Shown in pieces: positions 44,118 to 55,287 of a DNA stretch of 64,000 bases. This DNA is from an uncultured Gemmataceae bacterium. Lineage in GTDB: Bacteria > Planctomycetota > Planctomycetia > Gemmatales > Gemmataceae. A program made the translations under genes and the position numbers. How positions within the stretch are numbered: the stretch's first letter is position 1; each line of letters begins with the position of its first letter. The stretch is from contig CAVVPN010000003.1 in assembly GCA_963750165.1 (NCBI GenBank), positions 1,024,001-1,088,000 on the forward strand, written 5' to 3'. Under the pieces are notes generated by a model, which made no database searches, had not been told where the DNA came from, and saw only the letters and a list, made by a program, of their open reading frames with translations.

Positions 44118-44315
44118 AGGAATTAGCCATAGAGGACACAGAGAGCACAGAGAGGAAGAGTGAAGAAGGGAGCACCACAAAGACACAAAGGTCCACAAAG
44201 AAAACCCAAAGAATGGGTTCAAAATAATTTGTCTTTTCCTTTGTGAACCTTTGTGCCTTTGTGGTGCCAACTTCTTTTCTCTCTGTGCTCTCTGTGTCCT
44301 CTGTGGCTAATTCCT
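44118..44315. repeat. Two-layer nested 9/10-mer inverted repeat
   Basis: Outer arms AGGAATTAGCCAYAGAGGACACAGAGAGCACAGAGAG; inner arms GCACCACAAAGACACAAAGGTCCACAAAG / CTTTGTGAACCTTTGTGCCTTTGTGGTGC. Confidence 0.9.
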
Positions 44316-44322
44316 GTTGATT

Positions 44323-45217
44323 TCAGCGCCGCCGCTGCCGGTGGGTCAGGTAATGGCCCAGCGCCGCGTCCACCGGCGTGTCCGTGCGCAGCAGCTGGTA
44401 ATCGACCTGCATCCGCCCCGCCTGATCGCGCAACTCCCGACAAAACGCCTCGAAATTGCGCAGATACTCCTGCCGCAGCCGCCGCGGATCGACCAGCAGC
44501 TTATGGCCGGCGACTTCGAGGTTGCGGAACTGCGTCCATTGCGTGAACGGAAACTCGATCTCCTCCGGCGCCAGCACGTGGAACAACAGCACCTCGTGTC
44601 CACGGTGGCGGAAGTGACGCAGCGCCTGCAGCAGCGGGGCGATTTTTTCAAAGCAGTCCGACAGGATGACGATCAGGCCGCGCCGCTGCAAACGTGCCGC
44701 CAACTCGTGCCACAGCGGCGCCATGGCCGTTTCGCCGCCGGGCTGCGTCCGGGTCAGGGCGTCGATCAGGTGCGGCAGCTGGCGGGCGCTGGCGCGGGGC
44801 GATGTGCTGGCGCAGGCGCGTGTCGTGGACCGCCAGGCCGACGGCGTCGAGTTGGTGCAGCATCAGGTACGCCAGCGACGCGGCCACGTACTGGGCGTAG
44901 ACGAACTTGCTGACGCCCTGGCCGCGGTAGCCCATGCTACCGCTGGCGTCCAGCAGCAGGTGCGCCTTGAGATTCGTCTCCTCCTCGAATTCCTTGATGT
45001 AATAGCGGTCGGTCTTGCCGAAGGCGCGCCAGTCGATGTGGCGGATCTCGTCGCCGGGATAATACTGGCGGTGCTCGGCGAACTCGACGCTGAAACCCTT
45101 GTACGGGCTCTGGTGGACGCCGGACAGGAAGCCCTCGACGACGGTGCGCGCAACCAGCGTCAGGCTGCCGAAGCGGGCCAGGGCGGTCGGGTCGAAGGAA
45201 GTCGGCGTGTCGCTCAT
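44323..45217 (-). CDS. DUF58 family protein (frameshift near 44790)
   Basis: GFSVEFAEHRQYYPGDEIRHIDW, LDASGSM and ILSDC motifs. Confidence 0.92.
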
Positions 45218-45329
45218 GGGCCGGGGGGTTGGGGTCGGGGCAGGTGAATTGATTGTAACCGACCCCCGCGCGTTTGCAACCGCCCGGCTGCACCCGGTCC
45301 CCTTTTTCCGCACCGCCAGCGTGGGTTCG

Positions 45330-46010
45330 CTAACCCGGCGCACCCGGTTTCTCTGCGACAACCACCGCCACGGGCATGGTCCAGATCTCCAGGTCAATCT
45401 GCTGGTTGACCCGGAAACCGGCCGCCGTCAGGACACCCGCAAGGTCAATCGGCCGGCAATCGACGATGTGGGGGAAGTGGCGGTGCATCCAGACATACGT
45501 TCGCTCAAGGAAACTGGCCTTCGCATTCGGTTTCACCTGTGCCATCGAGACCGCCGCCATCCGTCCGTGCTCCCGCAGGACACGCCGGATTTCAGCCAGG
45601 ACCACGGGCAAGTCGGCTTCCGGGAAAAGCTCCAGCGTGAAACTGCTGTAGGCGGCGTCAAACGAGCCGTTGTCGTAAGGCAGTTTTCGGGCGTCCCCCA
45701 CGCGCAGGTCGATGGGCGTGTCCAGGGCCGCCTGTTGTAATTTGCGCTGGGCCACCGCCAGCATGCCCGGAGAAATGTCGATCCCACAGACCTTGCCCCC
45801 GGCGCCGACCCGTTTGGCCAGGTTGAGGATTTCGGTCCCCGTTCCGAACCCGATCTCCAGCACACGCTCCCCGGGTTGCAGGTTTAACGCTTCGACTCCG
45901 GTCTGGCGCACGGCGCGCTCGTTGGCGTCCGCCAGCCAGTCGTAAGCTTCGCTGATGCGGTCGTAGAAGACCCGGTTGGACTCATGATGTTCGGCGGGGG
46001 TGGTAGCCAT
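45330..46010 (-). CDS. Class I SAM methyltransferase (UbiE-like)
   Basis: VLEIGFGTG, GIDISPGML and GDARKLPY...SFD motifs. Confidence 0.9.
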   Translation of the reverse strand: MATTPAEHHESNRVFYDRISEAYDWLADANERAVRQTGVEALNLQPGERVLEIGFGTGTEILNLAKRVGAGGKVCGIDISPGMLAVAQRKLQQAALDTPIDLRVGDARKLPYDNGSFDAAYSSFTLELFPEADLPVVLAEIRRVLREHGRMAAVSMAQVKPNAKASFLERTYVWMHRHFPHIVDCRPIDLAGVLTAAGFRVNQQIDLEIWTMPVAVVVAEKPGAPG

Positions 46011-46392
46011 CGGCGTCGCGATCCGTGATGGTTGGAGGGCACAGTTGCGGGAGCAATGCCTGACTGGGAGCAGCGTACCACCGTCTGAGCACCCCTGGCA
46101 AGCAAAATTGCACTCCGATTTCTCGAGTCCGGAACTGTGGAATGGAGGGGGGCAACTCCTCCTCGACGCTGCCCATCTTCACCAAAGTGTCCCCCTCTCC
46201 CGCTTGCCTGGGACGGCAACGACCGCTGCCGACTGCGCGGGTTGTGCGGGTCGCGCCGGGGCCGGGCGTCGGTGTATTCGGTGCGTTCGTCGCTTCTGTC
46301 AAAACCCGCCCCTTCGCCGCACGATATTCCAGAGGAGGGAAGGACGCCACACCGGGTCGTGACAAGCCCGGTAAGGTTGCGGGAGACCTGAC

Positions 46393-47343
46393 ATGTTGCG
46401 TGTGGTGATACTGGCGTCCTTGCTCGGGTTGCTGGGGGCGGCGCCGCTGTCGGCCGAGGAACCTGCGGCTCAGGAGTCCGTGCTCGTCGGCCGTCCCGAC
46501 GCCCCGATCAGCCCGCTGCCGGGGACCGTGCTGCCCGCACCCGCTCCGGCCGCGTCCGCCACGGAGTCGGTCCTGACCGCGACGCCGGCGTGGCAAACCG
46601 CCTGGGGACTGGTCGCCCTCCGGTTCATTCCCGAGGGCCCCAAGACGGCGCCCAACGGCCAGCTGTATCACCCGAATTTCAGCCTCGACCTGAACTTCAA
46701 TTTCTGGATCTGGCGCAGCCAGCGGGTCTACATGTTCTCCGATGTGCGCTTGTGGGGCGAGCGCGGCGAGAACGGCGTGACCAACGGCAACGACGGCGCG
46801 CTGGGCACCAGCAAGCGGCAGTTCGACCTGGACGGCGGCGTCGCGTGGAATTACGCGGGGCACTGGGAGGCGCGCGCCTTCGGCTACACGTACAACAACC
46901 TCAACCGCGGCAGCAACCTGCTGACGCCCGTGGGCTTCGCGGACGGGTTCGGGATGGAGAATCGCTATTACCTATCGTCGATGTACGACCGGCTGGGCGA
47001 GACCGGCTTCGACGTGGCCCGGGCGACCTTTCTGAGCATCGGCTACTACCCGAGCAAGAACATGGTGGGCAACGACGGCCACTCGTTCAGACCCGGACTG
47101 CTGCTGCGCGCGTACCTGACGTATGATCTGTGGGACTGGCCCTGCTACCTGTACGGCGACTTTCAGTACATCGGTGAGCGGTCGTTTCAGTCGCGGTTGT
47201 TCCTCTTCGACGTCGGCGCGGCCGCCCGACCGTTCCGCGCCTGGCAGCAGTGGGAGTTTCGGCTCGGCGTGGAGAACACCGCGGACTTCCACGTGCATGA
47301 TGTGCAGAATCTGTGGTACGGTGCGATCCGCTTCATTTATTAG
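46393..47343 (+). CDS. Exported hypothetical protein, possible outer-membrane beta-barrel
   Basis: Signal peptide, aromatic-rich alternating strands, C-terminal YGAIRFIY. Confidence 0.7.
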   Translation: MLRVVILASLLGLLGAAPLSAEEPAAQESVLVGRPDAPISPLPGTVLPAPAPAASATESVLTATPAWQTAWGLVALRFIPEGPKTAPNGQLYHPNFSLDLNFNFWIWRSQRVYMFSDVRLWGERGENGVTNGNDGALGTSKRQFDLDGGVAWNYAGHWEARAFGYTYNNLNRGSNLLTPVGFADGFGMENRYYLSSMYDRLGETGFDVARATFLSIGYYPSKNMVGNDGHSFRPGLLLRAYLTYDLWDWPCYLYGDFQYIGERSFQSRLFLFDVGAAARPFRAWQQWEFRLGVENTADFHVHDVQNLWYGAIRFIY

Positions 47344-47351
47344 AAGTTTTT

Positions 47352-47385
47352 GGTCGGAGCCCGAGCGCCAGCGCGGGCTCCGACC
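47352..47385. terminator. 12-bp hairpin between convergent genes
   Basis: GGTCGGAGCCCG / CGGGCTCCGACC. Confidence 0.55.
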
Positions 47386-47404
47386 CACACGAACATTCAT
47401 CCCG

Positions 47405-48122
47405 TCAACGCCGTCGAATCCACTCCTCCTGTCGATACTTCTCGGCCGCCAGCGCCCGCACGCGCTCCGCCGGCCAGTCGCTGCGCTCCGCATCCGCCGC
47501 CCACGCCAGCCGCAGCCGGCGCTCCAGCTCCAGGCGCGGCAACGGCAGGTTCGTCACGAAGTCCGCATGGTCCCGCTGCTGCCGATACTCCGGCTGTCGC
47601 GCCGGCTGCCGCAAATAGCGCGCGACCAGCCCCGGCGGGAAGGCGTACAGCAGGGTGCCGTGGTGCAGCACGTGAGCACTCTTGCGCTGCTGGGCATTAC
47701 CGGAACATTTGCGGTCGCCAATGGCCAGATCGCTGATCCCCGCCTGCACCAGACCGGGCACCGCGTCCAGCAGCGCCGCCCGCAGCCGGCCCAGGATGAA
47801 GCGATACGAATGGCTCACGTCCGCCAGCGCCGGGTCGAGGGCGTAGGGCAGCACCAGGCTGAACAGCAGGCAGCCCGGCCCGAGCAGCACCGTGCCGCCG
47901 CCGCTGGACCGCCGCAGCACCGGCACAGCGTCGCGCACACAGGCGGCCTCGTCCACGTCCTGGGCCAGCTGGCCGCCCGCCCCCAGCACCACCGCCGGCC
48001 GCGGCCACTCCCACAGGCGCAGCACCGCCCCGCCGCGGCCCGCCTCGGCTTCGAGCAGTCAGCGCCTCGTCCAGGGCCAGGTTGTCGGCCAGTTCGGGCA
48101 GGGTCAGCGACAGGAAGTCCAT
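47405..48122 (-). CDS. Lipoate-protein ligase A family protein (frameshift near 48060)
   Basis: NLALDEAL, LRLWE, RRSSGGGTV, KCSGNAQ and HHGTLL motifs. Confidence 0.9.
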
Positions 48123-48571
48123 CAGGGCAACACATGCGGGGCGAGCGACGTGAAGGGCTCCAGCGGCAGATTGCGGACGACGCCGAACACGAACATCACC
48201 ACCGCCAGCGTCAAGAACAGCCAGTCCGGCGGCCGTAGACACAGCCGTCGCCAGCCCGTCCACCGCCCGAGCTGGTAGAGCAGCAGCCACAGCGCCACGA
48301 CCGGCAGCAGCGCCACGAACAGGACGTTGTACGCCGCCGCCTGGGCCAGGTCGCCATGCACCAGGGCGCTGACGCTGCGCGTCGCGCCGCAACCGGGGCA
48401 GTGCAGGCCCGTGCTCAAATGCAGGTAGCAGCGCGGATACCAGGTCGTTTCGTCGGGCGGCAGCCAGTAGAGCAGCGCCGCCGCCGCCAGCACCGCCAGG
48501 GCGGCCGCCGGATAGCACCAGAGGGTTCCGGCCCGCCACGCCCGGCGGGGGGCCATGTCGTTACCGTTCAT
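48122..48571 (-). CDS. DUF2752 domain membrane protein
   Basis: C.LHLSTGLHCPGCGATR...HGD...A..YN signature. Confidence 0.88.
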   Translation of the reverse strand: MNGNDMAPRRAWRAGTLWCYPAAALAVLAAAALLYWLPPDETTWYPRCYLHLSTGLHCPGCGATRSVSALVHGDLAQAAAYNVLFVALLPVVALWLLLYQLGRWTGWRRLCLRPPDWLFLTLAVVMFVFGVVRNLPLEPFTSLAPHVLP

Positions 48572-48594
48572 GTCGTTCCGAGCCTCACCACGGC

Positions 48595-49101
48595 TCAACG
48601 GAAGTAGGGTTGCACTTGCGCGTTGTTGATGACCACCAGCGACCAGATGCCCACCGGCAGGCTCACCAGGCAACACGCCGAGCAAGGGAGCATCCCCACA
48701 ATACAGGCCGTCAAGACCAGACCGCGCGACTGCAGGTCCTTCATTTTCAGGGCGCCGAAAATCATTAACCCGCCAATCACCAGGGCAAAGACGGTCATCA
48801 CGATGACGACGGCGACCGACGCACCCAGGATGGTGTTCACGTCCATGCCCTGGGGTTGGGGCTGGTTCTTCAATTGCTCGGCCGCCATCCCCAGCGTGAG
48901 GAGAACGCGAACCAGGTTTGCGAGGGCGGCCAGGATGTACAGGATGCCGGCCACCAGCAAGCAGATGGCAGGGGCCTTCACCTGCTCCAGGGCACGTCGT
49001 CTCCCGCCGCCGTCGCCGCGATCTTCGTAATCGTCGCGGTCGTCACGACGGTCGCGCTCATCACGACGGTCTCGGTCGTCCCGATCATCATAGCCTGCCA
49101 T
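48595..49101 (-). CDS. Membrane protein (paralog 1)
   Basis: D/R-rich N-terminus, VKAPAICL, and LPVGIWSLVV...V...FR C-terminus. Confidence 0.8.
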   Translation of the reverse strand: MAGYDDRDDRDRRDERDRRDDRDDYEDRGDGGGRRRALEQVKAPAICLLVAGILYILAALANLVRVLLTLGMAAEQLKNQPQPQGMDVNTILGASVAVVIVMTVFALVIGGLMIFGALKMKDLQSRGLVLTACIVGMLPCSACCLVSLPVGIWSLVVINNAQVQPYFR

Positions 49102-49189
49102 TTGGCGTTCTCCGAAGGGTGTCTGCCCGATCCTCGCGGGCGGGTGGGCGTACTGGTACGGGGGGTTGTGGTGGGAGTACAGGCGCCCC

Positions 49190-49747
49190 TCAGCGAAACG
49201 ACGCCTTCACGTTCTGATTGACCAGGACCACAATCGACCAGATGCCGACCGGCAGCCCGAGGCACCAGCACCCGGAAAGGTACGGCGGCATGACCACGAT
49301 GGCCCCCGCCAGGGCCAGCGGCCAGGTCTGCAACCGCATCATCTGAATCGACGCGAAGATGACGAAAATGCTGCTGAGGATGCCGAGGACCGGGCCGATG
49401 AAATTCACCGGGTTCTTCAACTGCTGTTCCGCCTCGTCGATCTTCTCCTTCGCCTCTTCCATCTTCGCGCGGTCCTTGGGCGGGGCCTGCTTCTCCATCG
49501 ACGCCATGAATTGCCGCATCACCCCCGGGAAGGCCAGGTAGAAGACAATCAGGCCGATCTGGCACAGGATGCCGATGATCGCCACCACCAACATGCAGAT
49601 GGCCGGCGCCTTGACCATGCCCGCGGCTTTCGTCCGATCGATGGGCGGCGGCAGGTCGTCGCGGTCGTCGCTCCAGCCGCCCCGGAGGTCGGGATCCCGC
49701 CGACGCCCCGTGCTTTCCTGAAAACCTTCGTCATCATAACCAGCCAT
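49190..49747 (-). CDS. Membrane protein (paralog 2)
   Basis: Starts MAGYDD like paralog 1; VKAPAICM and LPVGIWSIVV...VKASFR. Confidence 0.8.
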   Translation of the reverse strand: MAGYDDEGFQESTGRRRDPDLRGGWSDDRDDLPPPIDRTKAAGMVKAPAICMLVVAIIGILCQIGLIVFYLAFPGVMRQFMASMEKQAPPKDRAKMEEAKEKIDEAEQQLKNPVNFIGPVLGILSSIFVIFASIQMMRLQTWPLALAGAIVVMPPYLSGCWCLGLPVGIWSIVVLVNQNVKASFR

Positions 49748-49903
49748 GCGAGCACTCCACGAGAATGGGCCTCTGGCAAAGGGATGTTGCTGGGAGTATA
49801 GGCGGCTTTGTGGACGTTGCAAGGGACGGCAGCGCCCACAGCGAGTTGGTATATTACCACCACCCGGAATCACCCCCGCCCTGGCCGCCTTCAGGTATCC
49901 ACG

Positions 49904-51867
<1,964 letters not shown>

Positions 51868-51943
51868 CAGGGAATCAGATAGCCAATCTACTTCACCAGG
51901 ACCAAAGCGGTTTTGGCCAGGCGTAGACAAAGGAGCATGCAAA

Positions 51944-52186
51944 ATGCAGACGATCACCGCGACCTATGAAGACGGGGTGCTGAAGCCGACGCAGCCCCTC
52001 AACCTGCCCGCCCACGCCGAGGTGCGCGTCACGATCGAGTTGCTGCCGGCATCCCCACTCACGGTGGAGCAACTGGGCGATTTTCTGCGGAATTTGCCCG
52101 CTCTCGGGGCCGAGGCCGAGGACTTTTCCCGGGACGTTCGTGCCGTCCGCGCTGAGTTCCCCGCGGAGACAATCTCATGGGATTGA
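51944..52186 (+). CDS. Antitoxin, AF2212/DUF104-like
   Basis: ITATYEDGVLKP..PLNLP signature; AAGGAG RBS. Confidence 0.85.
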   Translation: MQTITATYEDGVLKPTQPLNLPAHAEVRVTIELLPASPLTVEQLGDFLRNLPALGAEAEDFSRDVRAVRAEFPAETISWD

Positions 52187-52341
52187 TGGTGGACACGAAC
52201 GTCTTCATCCGCTTCGAGAAGGGCAGCAAGGCGCTCGATTTGTCGCTCTGGGAGCCGACGGAGAAGGTGTACGTCAGCGTGGTGACGATCTCGGAACTGC
52301 TCGTCGGCGTCCATCGCGCAAACACTGAGGAGCGGGCGTGA
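52177..52341 (+). pseudogene. Truncated VapC/PIN toxin (54 aa)
   Basis: MGLMVDTNVFI...VSVVTISELLVGV then TGA; the C-terminal PIN half is absent. Confidence 0.8.
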
Positions 52342-52418
52342 GCGGCGGCATGTGGGGCGGCTGCGTGTATGACGAGGACGCGATTGTGGCGGCGCTGACG
52401 CGCGGCGCTGGAGGTTAA
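52338..52418 (+). repeat. Diverged direct duplicate of the yjhG 3' end (51796-51867)
   Basis: Translates VSGGMWGGCVYDEDAIVAALTRGAGG* versus [23 protein letters not shown]. Confidence 0.9.
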
Positions 52419-52422
52419 GACG

Positions 52423-52926
52423 ATGGCGATGTTCGTACATCTAGCGGCGGAATCGCGTACCGCGCTAATACGCCGGAACGGCATCCGCCGATTGCGGCGC
52501 GCTCAGGACAACTTCCCCGGTGGGGTGTTCGCTGTCCCGGTGACTCGGAATTTCTACATTTCGCACCAGTGGCTCCGGGAATTGAAGCGGCGCAACCAGG
52601 GGGCTATCGCGGGCGTTTACTTCCGTATCCCGGACAACGAGCAGGTCTGGGTCGGCCACTATCACCAGGCTCATCGGTGGATGTCCGCGGCCGAAGCAGT
52701 CGCCGAGTTCATGGGGGCCGAAGACGCTCAGGGCTGGGAGGTCGTGATTCCACGCCGGATCGATCCCAAAGAGGTCCATCGCATCCGTTCACTCCCGCAG
52801 GTAATTGGCTGGCGATTCTACCCCGCCGCCAAAGGCAAGCCGCCCTTCTGCACCTGCAAGTTTTGCACGCGAGGCGAATACGGGGCGCGCCGCTTGCGCG
52901 AGCGGTTGGGATCCACTGACGTCTGA
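52423..52926 (+). CDS. Hypothetical protein, possible ADP-ribosyltransferase-like fold with C-terminal CxCxxC
   Basis: FVHLA...IRRNGI, GVFAVP and WEVVIPRRI motifs; lower GC than flanking housekeeping genes. Confidence 0.7.
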   Translation: MAMFVHLAAESRTALIRRNGIRRLRRAQDNFPGGVFAVPVTRNFYISHQWLRELKRRNQGAIAGVYFRIPDNEQVWVGHYHQAHRWMSAAEAVAEFMGAEDAQGWEVVIPRRIDPKEVHRIRSLPQVIGWRFYPAAKGKPPFCTCKFCTRGEYGARRLRERLGSTDV

Positions 52927-52954
52927 CAATGCCATAGTCCTCGGAGGACTGCCG

Positions 52955-53527
52955 ATGCCGTTGACGGAACCACGAACCATGCGCTGGACCAAGGACGAGT
53001 ACCACCGCCTGGCCGAAATGGGCTGGTTTGACGACCGCCGGGTGGAACTGCTCGATGGAGAAATCTTCGAGATGCCCGTCCCCAAGATGGCCCACGTCGT
53101 CGCGCTGGACGGCACCGCGAACGCCCTCCGCACCGCCTTCGGCAGCGGCTGCTGGGTGTCGCCGCAGGCGCCGCTCGACCTGACGCTGACTTCCGAACCG
53201 ATCCCGGACCTGTACGTCGTGCCCGGCAAGGCGCGCGACTACACGGCCCATCCGACCACCGCCCTGCTCGTCGTGGAGGTCAGCGACACCACCCTGTCCC
53301 ACGACCGCAACCGCAAGGGCAGTTTGTACGCGGCGGCCTTGATTCAGGATTACTGGATCGTCAACCTGGTGGATCGGCAACTCGAAGTCTACCGCGGCCC
53401 GACTCCCGATGCCGCCCAGATGTTCGGCTTCAGTTATTCGCAGCGCACCGTGCTGGTTCCCGGCGATTCGGTCGCACCCCTGGTGTTGCCGCAGGCGCAA
53501 ATTGCCGTGGCCGATCTTTTCCCCTGA
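52955..53527 (+). CDS. Uma2 family endonuclease
   Basis: VELLDGEI, EPIPDL, LVVEVSD...DR..K..LYA and YWIVNL motifs. Confidence 0.92.
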   Translation: MPLTEPRTMRWTKDEYHRLAEMGWFDDRRVELLDGEIFEMPVPKMAHVVALDGTANALRTAFGSGCWVSPQAPLDLTLTSEPIPDLYVVPGKARDYTAHPTTALLVVEVSDTTLSHDRNRKGSLYAAALIQDYWIVNLVDRQLEVYRGPTPDAAQMFGFSYSQRTVLVPGDSVAPLVLPQAQIAVADLFP

Positions 53528-53547
53528 AACGATGGGAAGACTGCCGT

Positions 53548-54231
53548 ATGCCTTCGCCGTTCCCTGGCATGGACCCGTTCCTGGAATCGAACCCGATTTT
53601 CCAGGAACTGCACACGCAGATGCTCGCGGAGATGCAGGCGCTGCTGCAACCGCAGCTGCGGCCGAAGTACGTCGTGCGCCTGCAGGCAGACGAGCTGGAA
53701 CTGCGCAAGCAGCGCCGCATTGTCATCTATGTGCAGCAGCGCCCGCGCCTGGCCGTCACGGGCATCGAACTGCTCAGCCCCGGCAACAAGCAGGCGGGCG
53801 CCATCGCCCAGGAACGCTACCTGGAGAAACGGGCCTCGGCCCTGCACGGCGGTCTGCACTGGGTCGAGATCGACCTGCTGCGCGGCGGCGTGCAGCCGCC
53901 GATCCCGATCCCCCTACCTGCAGGGACTGACTACCTCAGCTACGTGGCGCAAGCGACGCCGACAGGCTGGAACCACCTGATTTATTCCTGGGCGCTGCAT
54001 GACCCGCTGCCGCTGCTGCCGATCCCGCTGCTCGGCGCGGACCAGGCGCAACTCGACCTCGGCCGGTGCTTCACCGCGGCCTACGACCGGATCGCGGCGG
54101 ATGACGAGGTCGATTACACCGCCGCACCACCGCCGCCACCGCTCGGCAAGGGCCAGGCTACCTGGGCGAGCCGGTTACTGCACGAGCGCGGACTGCGCAA
54201 ACGACGGCGCCGCGGTGGATCGGGAAACTGA
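53548..54231 (+). CDS. DUF4058 family protein
   Basis: MPSPFPGMDPFLE, IELLSPGNK and VEIDLLRGG motifs. Confidence 0.92.
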   Translation: MPSPFPGMDPFLESNPIFQELHTQMLAEMQALLQPQLRPKYVVRLQADELELRKQRRIVIYVQQRPRLAVTGIELLSPGNKQAGAIAQERYLEKRASALHGGLHWVEIDLLRGGVQPPIPIPLPAGTDYLSYVAQATPTGWNHLIYSWALHDPLPLLPIPLLGADQAQLDLGRCFTAAYDRIAADDEVDYTAAPPPPPLGKGQATWASRLLHERGLRKRRRRGGSGN

Positions 54232-54232
54232 T

Positions 54233-54500
54233 TCAGTCCCCAACCGGCCAGCGCCGCAGCGCCGCCTGCGCTTCGCGCGTCAGCCGAACACCGGGCGCCC
54301 CGTCCGCGAGCGCTTGCAACAGGCGCCGCGCCTCGGGACTGCCGTGATTCTCCAGCGCTTCCACGGCACGCAGTTCGCGCAGCGCGTCGGGGGTGAGCGA
54401 AGCAACCCGCTGAAGGAGTCCTTCCAGTCGGCGCCGTTGCTCCAGGGAACGCGCGGCTTGCAGCGCCTGCTCCAGCGCCGGCCGCACCACGTCACTGAGG
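54233..54500 (-). pseudogene. Orphan C-terminal tail of an ECF-sigma/WD40-type protein
   Basis: SLEQRRRLE.LL...LRELRAVEALE..GSPEARRLLQALADGAPGVRLTREAQAAL helical tail typical of Gemmataceae WD40 proteins; no upstream body. Confidence 0.6.
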
Positions 54501-54741
54501 GCGGCCGGTTGCGTGGCCGCGCCTTTACGGGACGACACACGCCTCATTCCTTGCAGAAGGGTGCCCGGCCGCTGATTGCCGCACTGGCGGCGTGGCCCGG
54601 AGTGGTCACGGCGGGACATGCGCTGACGCGGGGGTACACAGCAAGGGGGCCAAGACTGCCAAGAGGGCCAACTTTTTCACGAGCCGGGTTCCTGGCCCCG
54701 TCCACGAATTGCTTGCAGAGAATGACACAACCCTTTCCCGT

Positions 54742-55195
54742 TCACCAGTAGGTGTATCGAATCGTCTCCCGCTTGCGCGGCCCCTGGATGGACCACGCGA
54801 CAACCAGTTGCCCGCCCTCGACCGCCAGTGATGCTGTGTAGCAGTCTTCCCGACACTGATGCGGGCTGACCTCCCGCCACTCTCCGCCCTCGCGTGGGGC
54901 CATGTCGAACAGCAAGACCGGGTGATCCGGGCCGAAGCGCAGGTGCTCCAGCCGGAGCGCCTCACCGACCACCGACCACCGGAACACGTTGCTGAAACCG
55001 AGCGCTGGCCGGCCGGGCGCGCTCGGCTGCCACGTGCCCGCCTCCTCGAATACGACTACCCCCGGCTGCCGGCTCGGACACGGCTACTGTCCCAGTCCCG
55101 ATGCCGTCCCAGCCCGTCCCCGCGCCGCTTCGGGCATCGAAGCGCAACGACCGCACCCGCCGCAAAAAGGACCACAACTCAGCCAATGATGTCAT
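54742..55195 (-). CDS. DUF6314-like protein (frameshifted near 55060 and possibly near 55000)
   Basis: GW.G.G.G.V, FSNVFRW, LEHLRFG, HQCREDCY and WSIQGPRK motifs across different frames. Confidence 0.65.
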
Positions 55196-55253
55196 CCGCT
55201 GTATGTCCTTCTTCGCTGGACGCAACAGCAGGAAGAGGAAACCTGTGGTTGGC

Positions 55254-55279
55254 GGGGCACGGTCTCCCGACCGTGCCCC
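55254..55279. repeat. REP-like hairpin GGGGCACGGTCTCCCGACCGTGCCCC
   Basis: Perfect 11-bp stem directly after the ligase-like gene. Confidence 0.7.
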
Positions 55280-55287
55280 AACGGAGG

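Noticed and set aside
44092..44196. Hydrophobic N-terminal extension of the BatA ORF
   Set aside because: It is a translation of the palindromic repeat; the real start is ATG 44091.
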